Assembly (NCBI RefSeq): GCF_009914755.1
Contig: NC_060947.1
DNA from: the human T2T-CHM13v2.0 reference genome, Homo sapiens
DNA: 64,000 bases
Reading direction: 5' to 3' (one strand)
The notes under the pieces are model-generated. The model did not search any database and was not told the DNA's origin. It saw nothing but the letters and a program-made list of their open reading frames with translations. The translations under genes were made by a program, and so were the position numbers. Of the stretch, positions 1 to 20,015 are shown in pieces (the first letter of the stretch is position 1; every line of letters begins with the position of its first letter).

Positions 1-1980
1 AACTGATAAGCAAATTCAGTAAAAATGCAGGATACAAGATCAATATATGAAAATCAGTAGCATTTCTGTATGCCAACAGTGAACAATGTGGAAAAGAAAT
101 TATAAATGTAACCTCATTTACAATACCCACACATGAAATTAAATACTAAGAAATTAGCCAAAGAAATAAAAGATCAATATAATAAAAACTATAAAACACT
201 AATATAACAAATTGAACACCAAAAAATGGAAAAATATTTTACATTCATGGATTGGAATAATCAATATTGTTAAAATGTTCATACTATACAAAGCAATCTA
301 CAGATTCAATGCAATCCCTATCAAAATACCAATTGCATTCTTCACAGAAATAGATAAAACTGTCCTAAAATTTATATGCAACCACAAAGACCCAGAATAG
401 CCAAAGCTATATTAAGCAAAAAGAACAAACTTGGAGGAATATTACCTGACTTCAAATTACACCACAGTGCTATAGTAATGAAAACAGTATGGTACTGGCA
501 TAAAAACAGAAACATAGACCAAGAGAACAGAATAGAGAACCCAAGCACCAATCCATACACCTGTAGTAAACTCCTTTTCAACAAAGGTGCCAACAACATA
601 CACTGGGGAAGAGTCTCTTCAATAAATGATGCCTGGAAAGCTGGTTATCCATATGAAAGAGAATGAAACTAGACCATTATATCTTGCCGTATGCAAAAAT
701 CAAATAGAAATGGATTAAAGACTTAAATCTGAGACCTCAAACTATGAAACTGCTATAAGAAAATATTGGGGAAACTCTCAGGACATTGGGCTGGAGAAAG
801 ATTTCTTGAGCAATATCCCACAAGCACAGGCAATCAAAGTAAAAGTGGATAAATGGTATCACATCAAGTTTAAAAGCTTCTGCACAGCAAAGAACAATTT
901 AAAAAGTGAATAAACAACCCATAGAAGGTGAGCAAATATTTCAAATTACCCAAATGACAAGGGATTAATAATCAGAATATATAAGGAGCCCAATCAACTC
1001 TACAGGAAAAAAATGTAATAATTTGATCTAAAGATGGGCAAAAGATTTGAACAGACATTTATCAAAAGAAGGCATACAAATGGCAAACAGGCATATGAAA
1101 AGGTGCTCAATATCATTGATCATCAGAGAAATTCAAATCAAATCTACAATGAAATATTATCTCTTTCCAATTAAAAATGGCTTCTATCCAAAAGATAGAC
1201 TGTAACCAATGCTGTCAAGGATGTGGAGAAAAGGAAATCCTTGTACACTGTTAGTGGGAATGGAAATTAGTACAGCCACTATAAAGAAGAGTTTGGAAGT
1301 TTCTCACAAAACTGAAAATCGAGCTACCATATGATCCAGCAATCCCACTGCCAGGTATAAACATTGAAGAAAGGAAATCAGTATATTGAAGAGATATCTG
1401 CACACCTATATTTGTTGCAGCACTATTCACAATAGCCATAATTTGGAAGCAACCTAAGTGTTCATCAACAGATGAATGGATAAAGAAAATGTGGTACATA
1501 CACAATAAGGAATACTATTCAACTATAAAAATGAACTAGATCCAGTCATCGGCAACAATGGATCCCCACTTATTTGTGGGATCTAAATTCCAAAACAACT
1601 AAAGTCATGGATATAGAAAGTAGAAGCATAGTTAACAGAGTCTGAGAAGGGTAGTCGGGGATGCAGGGGAAGTGGCGATGGTAAATCGGTACCAAAAAAA
1701 TAGAAAGAATGAGTAAGATTTACTATTTGATAGCACAATAATATAGAGTGACAATAGTCATTAATCACTTAACTGTACTTTTAAAAATAATTTAAAGAAT
1801 GTAATTGGATTGTTTGCAGCTCAATGACTAAATGCTTGGAAGGGATGGGTACCTCATTCTCCATGATTTGCTTATTTTGCATTGCATGCTTGTATCAAAA
1901 CATCTTATGTGCTCCATAAATATATACACATGTTATGTATCCACAAACATTGAAAATAAAAATAAAACTTGAAAAAAATA
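1..1980 (+). mobile_element. L1MA-type (L1MA1/2-like) LINE-1: 3' part of ORF2 plus 3' UTR, degenerate
   Basis: ORF2 peptide remnants ([29 protein letters not shown]); L1MA-type 3' UTR ending in an A-rich tail at ~1950-1980; internal deletion near 1560. Confidence 0.9.
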
Positions 1981-2101
1981 TTAGTGCTGATAAATGCATT
2001 CAGCAAAAGTTACAGGGTATAAAATTAGAACAAAACAGTTGTGTTTTTACACAATTTGAAAAGAAAATTAAAATGACAATTTCACTTAAAATAGCATCTC
2101 A

Positions 2102-2623
2102 TGCTGGTGTAAAGACACATCCACACGTATGTTTATTGTGGCACTATTCACAATACCAAAGACTTGGAACCAACCCAAATGTCCAACAATGATAGACTGG
2201 ATTAAGAAAATGTGGCACATATACACCATGGAATACTATGCAGCCTTAAAAAATGGTGAGTTCATGTCCTTTGAAGGGACATGGATGAAGCTGGAAACTA
2301 TCATCCTCAGCAAACTATCGCAAGGACAAAAAATCAAACACCGCATGTTCTCACTCATAGGTGGGAATTGAACAATGAGAACACATGGACACAGGAAGGG
2401 GAACATCACACTCTGGGGACTGTTGTGGGGTGGGGGGAGGGGGGAGGGATAGCATTAGGAGATATACCTAACGCTAAATGACGAGTTGATGGGTGCAGCA
2501 CACCAACATGGCACATGTATACGTATGTAACAAAACTGCACGTTGTGCACATGTACCCTAAAACTTAAAGTATAATAATAATAAAAAAAGAAAAAAAAAA
2601 AAAGAAATGGGATACCCCCCAAA
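2102..2623 (+). mobile_element. 5'-truncated L1PA3/PA4-like insertion
   Basis: ORF2 C-terminus (..HRMFSLIGGN*), G-rich 3' UTR, poly(A); 14-bp TSD aaaatagcatctca at 2088-2101 and 2624-2637 at a TT/AAAA site. Confidence 0.95.
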
Positions 2624-2745
2624 AAAATAGCATCTCAAGGAATGAAATACTCAAGACTAAATTTAACAAAGGAGAGGCAAAACAAAACTATAATACATTG
2701 CTGAAAAAAAAATTAAGGCTTAAGAAGATAGATTAGGAAATAACA

Positions 2746-3608
2746 CTTTTTTACTTTTATTTTAAGTTCAAGGATACATGTGCAGGTTTGTTATAAAGGT
2801 AAACTTATATCATGGGGTTTGCTGTACAGATTATTTTGTCACCAAGGTATTAATCATAGTGCATATTAATAATATTTCCTGATCTTCTCCCTCCCACTGT
2901 CCACCTTTAAGTAGGCTCCAGCGTCTGTTCCCTTCTATGTGTCCATGTGTTCTTTCCATATAGCTCCTGCCTATAAGTGAGAACATGAAGTATTTGGTTT
3001 TCTGTTCTTGTGTTAGTTTGCTAAAGATAATGGCCTCTAGCTCCATCCATGTTCCTGCAAAGTACATGGTATTATTTCTTATGGCTGCATAATATTTCAT
3101 GGTGTATATGTACCACATTTCCTTTATCCTGTTTACCATTGAAGAGCGTTTAGGTTGATTCCATGCCTTTGCTATTGTGAATAGTGCTGTGTCTTTATGA
3201 TAAAATGATTTATACTCCTTTGTATATTTACCCACTAATTGGGATTGCTGGGCTGAATGGTAGTTATGTTTTTATGTCTCTGAGGAATTGCCACACTGTT
3301 TTTCACAATGGTTGAACTAATTTACACTCCCAGTAGCCGTGTATAAGCATTCCTTTTACTCTGCACCTGCTTCAGCATCTGTTATTTTTAGACTTTTTAA
3401 TAATATCCTTTGTAACTGGCATGAGATGGTATCTCTTTGTGATTTTGATTTACATTTCTCTAAGGATCAGTGATGTTTAGCTTTTTTTCATATATGCCAT
3501 CATATATGCAGAAATATACTTTTCTGCATATATGACTTCTTTTGAAAAGTGTCTGTTTATGTTCTTTGACCATTTTTAATGGGGTTATCTGTTTTTTCTT
3601 GTAAATTT
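2746..3608 (-). mobile_element. 5'-truncated L1 3' end (L1PA15/16-like)
   Basis: T-rich start followed by gatacatgtgcaggtttgttat; minus-strand ORF 2831-3235 resembles the ORF2 C-terminus (ALFTIAKAWNQPK). Confidence 0.88.
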
Positions 3609-4136
3609 GGGAAAACTTAATATTTTTAACGTGGAAATGCTCGTCACATAAGTCTACAGATCAAATGCAATCCCTATCAGTATCCTAACATAGTGTTTTA
3701 CAGAGATGGAAAAGTTTATCCTAACATTTACATGGGATTACAAGGGACCTCATGTTGGCAAAGCAGTCTTAAAAATGAATAACAAATTAGAAGGATTTAT
3801 ACTTTCTAATATAAGACTTACTATAAAGCTTCAGTCTTTATATTTATATATTCAGAACAATGTGATATTGGCATAAGATCAATGGAAACAAATTGAGAGC
3901 ACAGTAATAAACCCATGCTTATTGTCAATTGATTCTTGATAATCGTGCCAAGACCATTCAATAAGGAAGAAATAGTCTCTTCAATAAATGGCGTTGAGGA
4001 AAATAGATATCCACATACGAAAGAATGGTAGTGGATCTTACCATATATCATATTTTAAAATTAACTTGAAGTAGATCAAAGACCTAAATATAAAGACTAA
4101 AACCACAAAACTCCTTTTAGAAAAATAATAATGTTA

Positions 4137-4154
4137 TAACTCCATCTCAAAAAA
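4137..4154 (+). mobile_element. Extremely 5'-truncated Alu-like tail
   Basis: actccatctcaaaaaa (Alu 3' terminus) between 18-bp direct repeats at 4119-4136 and 4155-4172 (1 mismatch). Confidence 0.6.
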
Positions 4155-4172
4155 AGAAAAATAATAGTGTTA

Positions 4173-5370
4173 GGACAAATGGAAATCTGTATGAGAACGG
4201 ATGTTGTTAGACCTTTACCTTACACTATGCATAAAAATTAACCCAAAATGGATCAAAGACCTAAAAATAAGATCTAAAGCCATAAAACTCTTAGAATAAA
4301 ACATAGGATAAATTTTTGTAATTTCGGATTTGGCAATGGTTTCTTAGACATGACAACAAATGCACAAGCAACAAAAAAAAAATAGATAAATTTGGTTTCA
4401 TCAAAATTAAAAACATATAACAAAAGATAGACACTATCAAGAAAAATAAAGGGCAAACTTTTAGAACAGGAGGAAATATTTGCAAATTATATATTGATAA
4501 GGGTCTGCTGTACATCGTATACAAAAAACTCCCAAAACTCAACAATGAAAAGACAAGCAACCCAATTTTTAAGCGAGCAAAAGCCTTAAATAAACATTTC
4601 TCAAAAAAAGTACAAGTGGTCAACAAGCACATGAAAAAACTGTTTGACAACATTATTATGAAGGAAATGCCAATTAAAACAATGAAATAACACATTACAT
4701 ACACTAGGATATCTATAATTAAAAAACAGAAAATAATAAACAAGAATTTGCCAAGGTGTGAAGATAGTATAACCCTCATGTATTGCTCATCAGAATAAAA
4801 AATTGCGCAATTTTTGTGAAAAAAAATTGGTGGGTCCTCATTACATTAAAGTCAGAATATGTCTCAGTAATTCCACAGATGTTCAAACAAAAACATACAC
4901 ACAAACGTTCATAAAAGCATTATTTACAATCATCATAAAGTGAAAAGGACCAAAACATCTGTCAACTGATAGATGGATAAACAAAATGTGGTATATACAT
5001 GCAACGGAATATTATTTGACAATAGCAAGGAATGAAGTATTGCCAAATGCTCCAACATGAATGCACCTTGATATAACATTATGCTAAGTCAAAGAAAACA
5101 GACACAAAAGGGCACATTTTGTACAATTCCATTTATATAAAATATGCAGAATAGGCAAATTCATAGAGACAGAAAGTAGATTAGTTGTTTCCAGAGGCCA
5201 GGAAGAGGGGAAATGGAGAGTGAGTGCTTAATGGTTATAGAGTCTTTTTTTGGGGTGATGAGAATCTTCTAGAACTCAGTGTGATGATGGTACAAAATAT
5301 TGTAAAAAATAATAAATGCCACTCCTATGTCCACTTTAAAATGGTTAAAATGGTGATTTTAGGTTTCATA
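4173..5370 (+). mobile_element. L1MB-like 3' ORF2 and 3' UTR fragment
   Basis: Typical L1MB 3' UTR motifs (agagacagaaagtagattagt..., ttttggggtgatgagaat...). Confidence 0.8.
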
Positions 5371-5592
5371 CTGATGATCATAAAAAGAGGAATGCTGAAA
5401 GACATAGTATGCTAACACTAACAGAAGAAAAGCTGAAGTAGTGATATTGATCTCATACATTGCTGCTTTTGGAATGAAGAAAACTATCAAGTATTGAGAA
5501 GGGAAATACATAATGATAAGAAAAAGTAGATGAGTCTGAGAAAGCATAACAATCCTTCACATATATGCACCTACCAAGACAGCATCAGACCA

Positions 5593-10086
<4,494 letters not shown>

Positions 10087-10545
10087 AACTTAAGGTATAA
10101 GCTGATAGAATTTCAGGAATAAATATGCAAGACTACTATTATATTTTGAGAGTTCAGCACTCCTCTTTCAACAATTGATAAATTAAGCATGCAGAAAATC
10201 AATACAATTACTGTTAAGTTTAACAGCCCTCATCAATTAACTAGATTTAACTGACAAATATAGACCACTTTACCCAACAATAGTAGAATGTACATTCTTC
10301 TCAAGCTCACATGGAACATTTATCAAGATAGACCATGTTCTAGGCCATAAAACACACTTTAACAAATTTAAAATAATAGAAATCATACAAGATATATTAC
10401 CAAAATACAATGGAATTAAATGAGAAATTAAGAACAGAAACCTGAAAATCCTCAAATTATTTGGAAATTAAACAACAAATTTCAAAATAATAAATGGGTC
10501 AATGAAAAAGTCTCCACATAATTTATCAAATATTTTAACTAAATT

Positions 10546-10755
10546 ACATAGAGGGGAAAAACACAAACTGGGGTCTTTCAGAGGGTAAGAAATAAGAGGA
10601 GGGAGGGGATCAGAAAAAGTTACTACTGTGTACCAGGCTTAATACCTGGGTGATAAAATAATCTGTACAACAAATCCCCATGATTCAGGTTTACCTAGGT
10701 AATAAACCTATACTTGTACCCCTAAACGTAAAATTTGAAAAAATAATAAAAATTT
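10546..10755 (+). mobile_element. L1PA13-16-like 3' end fragment
   Basis: ggcttaatacctgggtgataaaataatctgtacaacaaatccccatg followed by an A-rich tail. Confidence 0.8.
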
Positions 10756-12089
10756 TAAAAATGAAATTAAATAATACAATTTATGAACATTGGTGGGATA
10801 CAGCATAAACAGAGCTTAGATTCCATAGATATTAAAAAGATAATAAAATAATTTAATGAACAAATCTAGGCCCACGAGTTTGGTGACTTAGATAAAATGA
10901 ACCAATTCCTTGAAAGCCTCAAACAACTCAAGCACTCTCAAGGAAAAATAGATCATCAGAATAGTCCTATATCTGTTTTAAAAAATTGAATGAATAATTA
11001 ATAGCTTTTCAAAAAATTAAAGAACCAGGCCCAGATATTTCAATGGTGAATTCCACCAAATATGTAAAAAAGAAATTATAACAGTTCTATGCAATCTGTT
11101 CCAGAAGGTAGAAGCAGAGGAATTACTTTTTAAGTCATTCTACAAAGCCAGCATTACTATAATACCAAAACCAGATGAGCACATTATAAGAAAGGAAAAT
11201 TATAGAACAATACTTCTTGCAAACATACATGGAAAATTTCCAAACAAAATATTAGCAAAATGGAATCAAAAATACATAAAAAGCATTGCATATACCATGG
11301 TTAAGTGGGATTTATTCCAAGTATGCAATGCTGTCTCAAAATTTGAAAATCAAGAAGTAAGTTCTAAACTATCAACAGGCAGAAGAAGAAAAATAATATG
11401 ATCATATGAATTCATGCAGAAAAGGCATTTGATAAAATCTGATATCTATTCATTAAAAAACCTTTCAGCAAACTAGGAACTTTCTCAACTTGATAAAAAT
11501 AAGATCTAGAAAAGCAAGAGGAAACCAAATCCAAAAGAAGTAAAAATAATAAAGATCAGAGCAGAGGTAAATGAATTTGAAATGAGGAAAATAATACAGA
11601 AGATCAATGCAATAAAAAGTTGGTTTTCCAACCCCATAAAAAAATGGGTGAAGGATATGAACAGACACTTCTCAAAAGAAAACATTTATGCAGCCAACAA
11701 ACTTATGAAAAAATGCTCATCATCACTGGTCATTATATAAATGCAAATCAAAACCACAGTGAGATACAATCTCACTCCAGTTAGAATGGTGATCATCAAA
11801 AAGTCAGGAAACAACAGATGCTGGAGAGGATGTCGAGAAATAGGAATGCTTTTACACTGTTGGTGGCAGTGTAAATTAGTTCAACCATTGTGGAAGACAG
11901 TGTGACAATTCCTCAAGGATCTAGAACCAGAAATACTATGTGATCCACTGATCCCATTACTGGGTATATACTCAAAGGATTATAAATCATTCTACTATAA
12001 AGACATATGCACACATATGCTTATTGCAGCACTATTCACAATAGCAAAGTCTTGGAACCAACCCAAAAGCCCATTAATAATAGACTGGA

Positions 12090-12608
12090 TTAAAAAAAAA
12101 AGTGGCACTTATACACCATGGAATAATATGCAGCCATATAAAAGGATGAGTTCAGGGGGGTGGAGCCAAGATGGCCAAATAGGAACAGCTCCGGTCTACA
12201 GCTTCCAGCATGAGTGACGCAGAAGACGGGTGATTTCTGCCTTTCCATCTGAGGTACCGGGTTCATCTCACTAGGGAGTGCAAGACAGTGGATGCAGGAC
12301 AGTGGGTGCAGTGCACTGGGCACGAGCCGAAGCAAGGCAAGGCATTGACTCACTCGGTAAGTGCAAGGGGTCAGGGAGTTCCCTTTCCTAGTCAGAGAAA
12401 AGGATGACAGACGGCACCTGGAAAATTGGGTCACTCCCACCCTAATACTGCACTTTTCCAATGGGCTTAAAAAACAGCACACCAGGAGATGATATCCTGC
12501 ACCTGGCTCAGAGGGTCCTATGCCCACGGAGTCTTGCTGATTGCTAACACAGCAGTCTGAGATCAAACTGCAAGGTGGCAGCGAGGCTGGGGGAGGGGCG
12601 TCTGCCAT
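12090..12608 (-). CDS. L1 ORF0-homologous antisense ORF, extended to 172 aa
   Basis: N-terminus MADAPPPASLPPCSLISDCC..GPSEPG matches L1 ORF0; ATG context gcaATGg; the frame stays open past the L1 5' end. Expression not demonstrated. Confidence 0.45.
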   Translation of the reverse strand: MADAPPPASLPPCSLISDCCVSNQQDSVGIGPSEPGAGYHLLVCCFLSPLEKCSIRVGVTQFSRCRLSSFSLTRKGNSLTPCTYRVSQCLALLRLVPSALHPLSCIHCLALPSEMNPVPQMERQKSPVFCVTHAGSCRPELFLFGHLGSTPLNSSFYMAAYYSMVYKCHFFF

Positions 12609-13207
12609 TGCCTAGGCTTGATTAGGTAAACAAAGCAGCCAGGAAGCTCGAACTGGGTGGAGCCCACCACAGCTCAAGGAGGCCTGCCTGCCTCTGTAGG
12701 CTCCACCTCTGGGGGCAGGGCACAGACAAACAAAAAGACAGCAGTAACCTCTGCAGACTTAAATGTCCCTGTCTGACAGCTTTGAAGAGAGTAGTGGTTC
12801 TCCCAGCACGCAGCTGGAGATCTGAGAATGGGCAGACTGCCTCCTCAAGTGGGTCCCTGACCCCTGATCCCTGAGCAACCTAACTGGGAGGCACCCCCAG
12901 TAGGGGCAGACTGACACCTCACACGGCCCAGTACTCCTCTGAGACAAAACTTCCAGAGGAACCATCAGGCAGCAGCATTTGCAGCTCACCAATATCCGCT
13001 GTTCTACAGCCACCGCTGTTCTGCAGCCACCGCTTCTGATACCCAGGCAAACAGGGTCTGAAGTGGACCTCTAGCAAAGTCCAACAGACCTGCAGCTGAG
13101 GGTCCTGTCTGTTAGAAGGAAAACTAACAAACAGAAAGGACATCCACACCAAAAACCCATCTGTACCTCACCATCATCAAAGACCAACAGTAGATAAAAG
13201 CACAAAG
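12155..13207. promoter_or_regulatory. L1 5' UTR with internal sense promoter and antisense promoter region
   Basis: YY1 motif caagatggcc at +13; sequence colinear with the primate L1 5' UTR; many CpGs decayed to TG/CA. Promoter activity is not shown by the sequence. Confidence 0.75.
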
Positions 13208-14224
13208 ATGGGGAAAAAACAGAGCAGAAACACTGGAAACTCTAAAAAGCAGAGATCCTCTCCTCCTCCAAAGGAACAAAGCTCCTCACCAGCAACAGAA
13301 AAAAGCTGGACGGAGAATGACTTTAACGAGTAGAGAGAAGAAGGCTTCAGACGATCAAACTACTCTGAGCTACAGGAGGAAATTCAAACCAATGGCAAAG
13401 AAGATAAAAACTTTGAAAAAAAAATTAGACGAATGGAAACCTAGAATAACCAATGCAGAGAAGTCCTTAAAGGAGCTGATGGAGCTGACAGCTAAGGCTC
13501 AAGAACTACGTGAAGAATGAAGAAACCTCAGGAGCTGATGCAATCAACTGGAAGAATGGGTATCAACGATGGAAGATGAAATGAATGAAATGAAGTGACA
13601 AGGGAAGTTTAGAGAAAAAAGAATAAAAAGAAATGAACAAAGCCTCCAAGAAATATGGGACTATGTGAAAAGACCAAATCTACATCTGACTGGTGTACCT
13701 GAAAGTGACGGGGAGAATGGAACCAAGTTGGAAAACACTCTGCAGGATATTATCCAGGAGAACTTCCCCAATCTAGCAAGGCAGGCCTACATTCAGATTC
13801 AGGAAATACAGAGAATGCCACAAAGATACTCCTTGAGAAGAGCAACTCCAAGACACATAATTGTCAGATTCACCAAAGTTGAAATGAAGGAAAAAATATT
13901 AAGGGCAGCCAGAGAGAAAGGTCGGATTACCCACAAACAGAAGCCCATCAGACTAACAGCAGATCTGTTGGCAGAAACTCCACAATCCAGAAGAGAGTGG
14001 GGGCCAATATTCAACAATCTTAAAGAAAAGAATTTTCAACCCAGAATTTCATATCCAGCCAAACTAAGCTTCATAAGTGAAGGAGAAAAAAATCCTTTAC
14101 AGACAAGCAAATGCTGAGAGATTTTGTCACCACCAGGCCTGCCCTACAAGAGCTCCTGAAGGAAGCACTAAACATGGAAAGGAACAACCGTTACCAGCCA
14201 CTGCAAAAACATGACAGATTGTAA
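13208..14224 (+). pseudogene. L1 ORF1 (RNA-binding ORF1p), disrupted
   Basis: ATG GGG AAA AAA CAG start; in-frame TAG near 13331 and further TGA stops/frameshifts; remnant KRPNLHLTGVPESDGENGTKLENTLQDIIQENFPNL. Confidence 0.93.
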
Positions 14225-14287
14225 AGGCTATTGATCCTATGAAGAAACTGCATCAATTAACGAGCAAAATAACCAGCTAACATCATA

Positions 14288-18114
<3,827 letters not shown>

Positions 18115-18381
18115 ACAATGAGAACACATGGACACAGGAAGGGGAACATCACACTCCGGGGTCTGTTGTGGTGTGGGGGGAGGGTGGAGGGATAGCATTA
18201 GGAGATATACCTGATGCTAAATGACGAGTTAATGGGTGCAGCACACCAACATGGCACATGTATACATATGTAACAAACCTGCACATTGTGCACATGTACC
18301 CTAAAACTTAAAGTATAATAATAATAAAGTTTAAAAAAAAGAAATCTAAAAAAAAAAAAAGTGTGAGTTCATGTCTTTTGC

Positions 18382-18526
18382 AGGGACACGGGTGAAACTG
18401 GAAACCATCATTCTCAGCAAAGTAACACGAGAAGAGCAAACCAAACACCGCATAAGGGACACAGATGAAACTGGAAACCATCATTTTCAGCAAAGTAACA
18501 CAAGAAGGGAAAACCAAACACCGCAT
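18382..18526 (+). repeat. 73-bp tandem duplication inside the L1PA7-like 3' ORF2
   Basis: agggacac..gaaactggaaaccatcatt..ccaaacaccgcat occurs at 18382 and again at 18455. Confidence 0.9.
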
Positions 18527-19082
18527 GTTCTCACTCATAAGTGGGAGGTGAACAATGAGAACACATGGACACAGAGAGGGGAAAATCACACACCAGGCCT
18601 ATTGGGGGGTGGTGGCCTAAGAGAGGCATAGCATTTGGAGAAATACCTAATGTAAATGACGAGTTGGTAGATGTAGCAAACCAACATGGCACATGTATAC
18701 CTATGTAACAAATCTGCACATTGTGCACATGTACCCCAGAACTTAAAGTATAATTTTTAAAAAAGTTGGCTTTCTGGAGATAAACAAAATTGACAAATCT
18801 TTAGCCAGACTAAGAAAGAAAGAGAGAAGACACAAATAAATAAAAGCAGATATAAAAAGGAGACATTAAAACTGATATTGCAGAAATTCAAAGAATCATT
18901 GGTGGCTGCTATGAGCAACTATAAGCCAATACATCAGAAAACCTGGAATAAATGGATAAATTCCTAGACTCAACCTATCAAGGTTAAACCATGAAGAAAT
19001 CCACAACTTGAACAGACCAATAACAAGTAATGAAATAAAAGCCATAATAAAAAGTATTATAGAAAAGAAAAGCCCAAGACCC

Positions 19083-19453
19083 TGATATAGTTTGACTCTG
19101 TGTCCCCACTCAAATCTCATCTCGAATTCTAATCTCCCATATGTTGAGGGAGGAACTTGGTGAGAGGTAATTGGACCATGTATGCAGTTTCCCTCATGCT
19201 GTTCTCATGATAATGAGTTCTCATGATACCTGATGGCTTAAGTGTTTTGCACTACCCCCTTCATTCTCCCTCTCTCCTGCCACCATGTGAAGAATATGCT
19301 TGCTTCCCCTTCCCCTTCCCCTTCTGCCATGATTCCTAAGTTTCCTAAGGCCTCCCAAGCCATGTGGATCTGTGAGTCAATTAAAGCATATTCTTTGCTA
19401 AATTGCTAAGTCTCCGGCAGTTATTTATAGCAGTGTGAAAACAGACTAATACA
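19083..19453 (+). mobile_element. THE1D-like solo LTR (ERVL-MaLR)
   Basis: tgatatagtttgactctgtgtcccc...gactaataca termini; 5-bp TSD gaccc/gacct. Confidence 0.9.
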
Positions 19454-19603
19454 GACCTCATGGCTCCATTCTAAATTCTACCAAACATTTAAAAAAGAAC
19501 TAACACCAATCCTACTCAAATTTTTGTGAAAAATAGAGGATGCAGGAATATTTCAAAACTTATTCTATGAAGCCAGCCTTACCTTGATAAAAAGAACCAG
19601 AAA

Positions 19604-20015
<412 letters not shown>

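Larger units (their letters stand above)
1981..4136 (+). mobile_element. Old L1M ORF2 fragment, interrupted by younger L1s at 2102-2623 and 2746-3608
   Basis: Degenerate ORF2 sequence (tacagatcaaatgcaatccctatc; gtctcttcaataaatgg) continues colinearly across both inserts. Confidence 0.75.

Noticed and set aside
2427-2448. G-quadruplex-type G runs (also near 18170 and 36304)
   Set aside because: Standard L1PA 3' UTR polypurine tract
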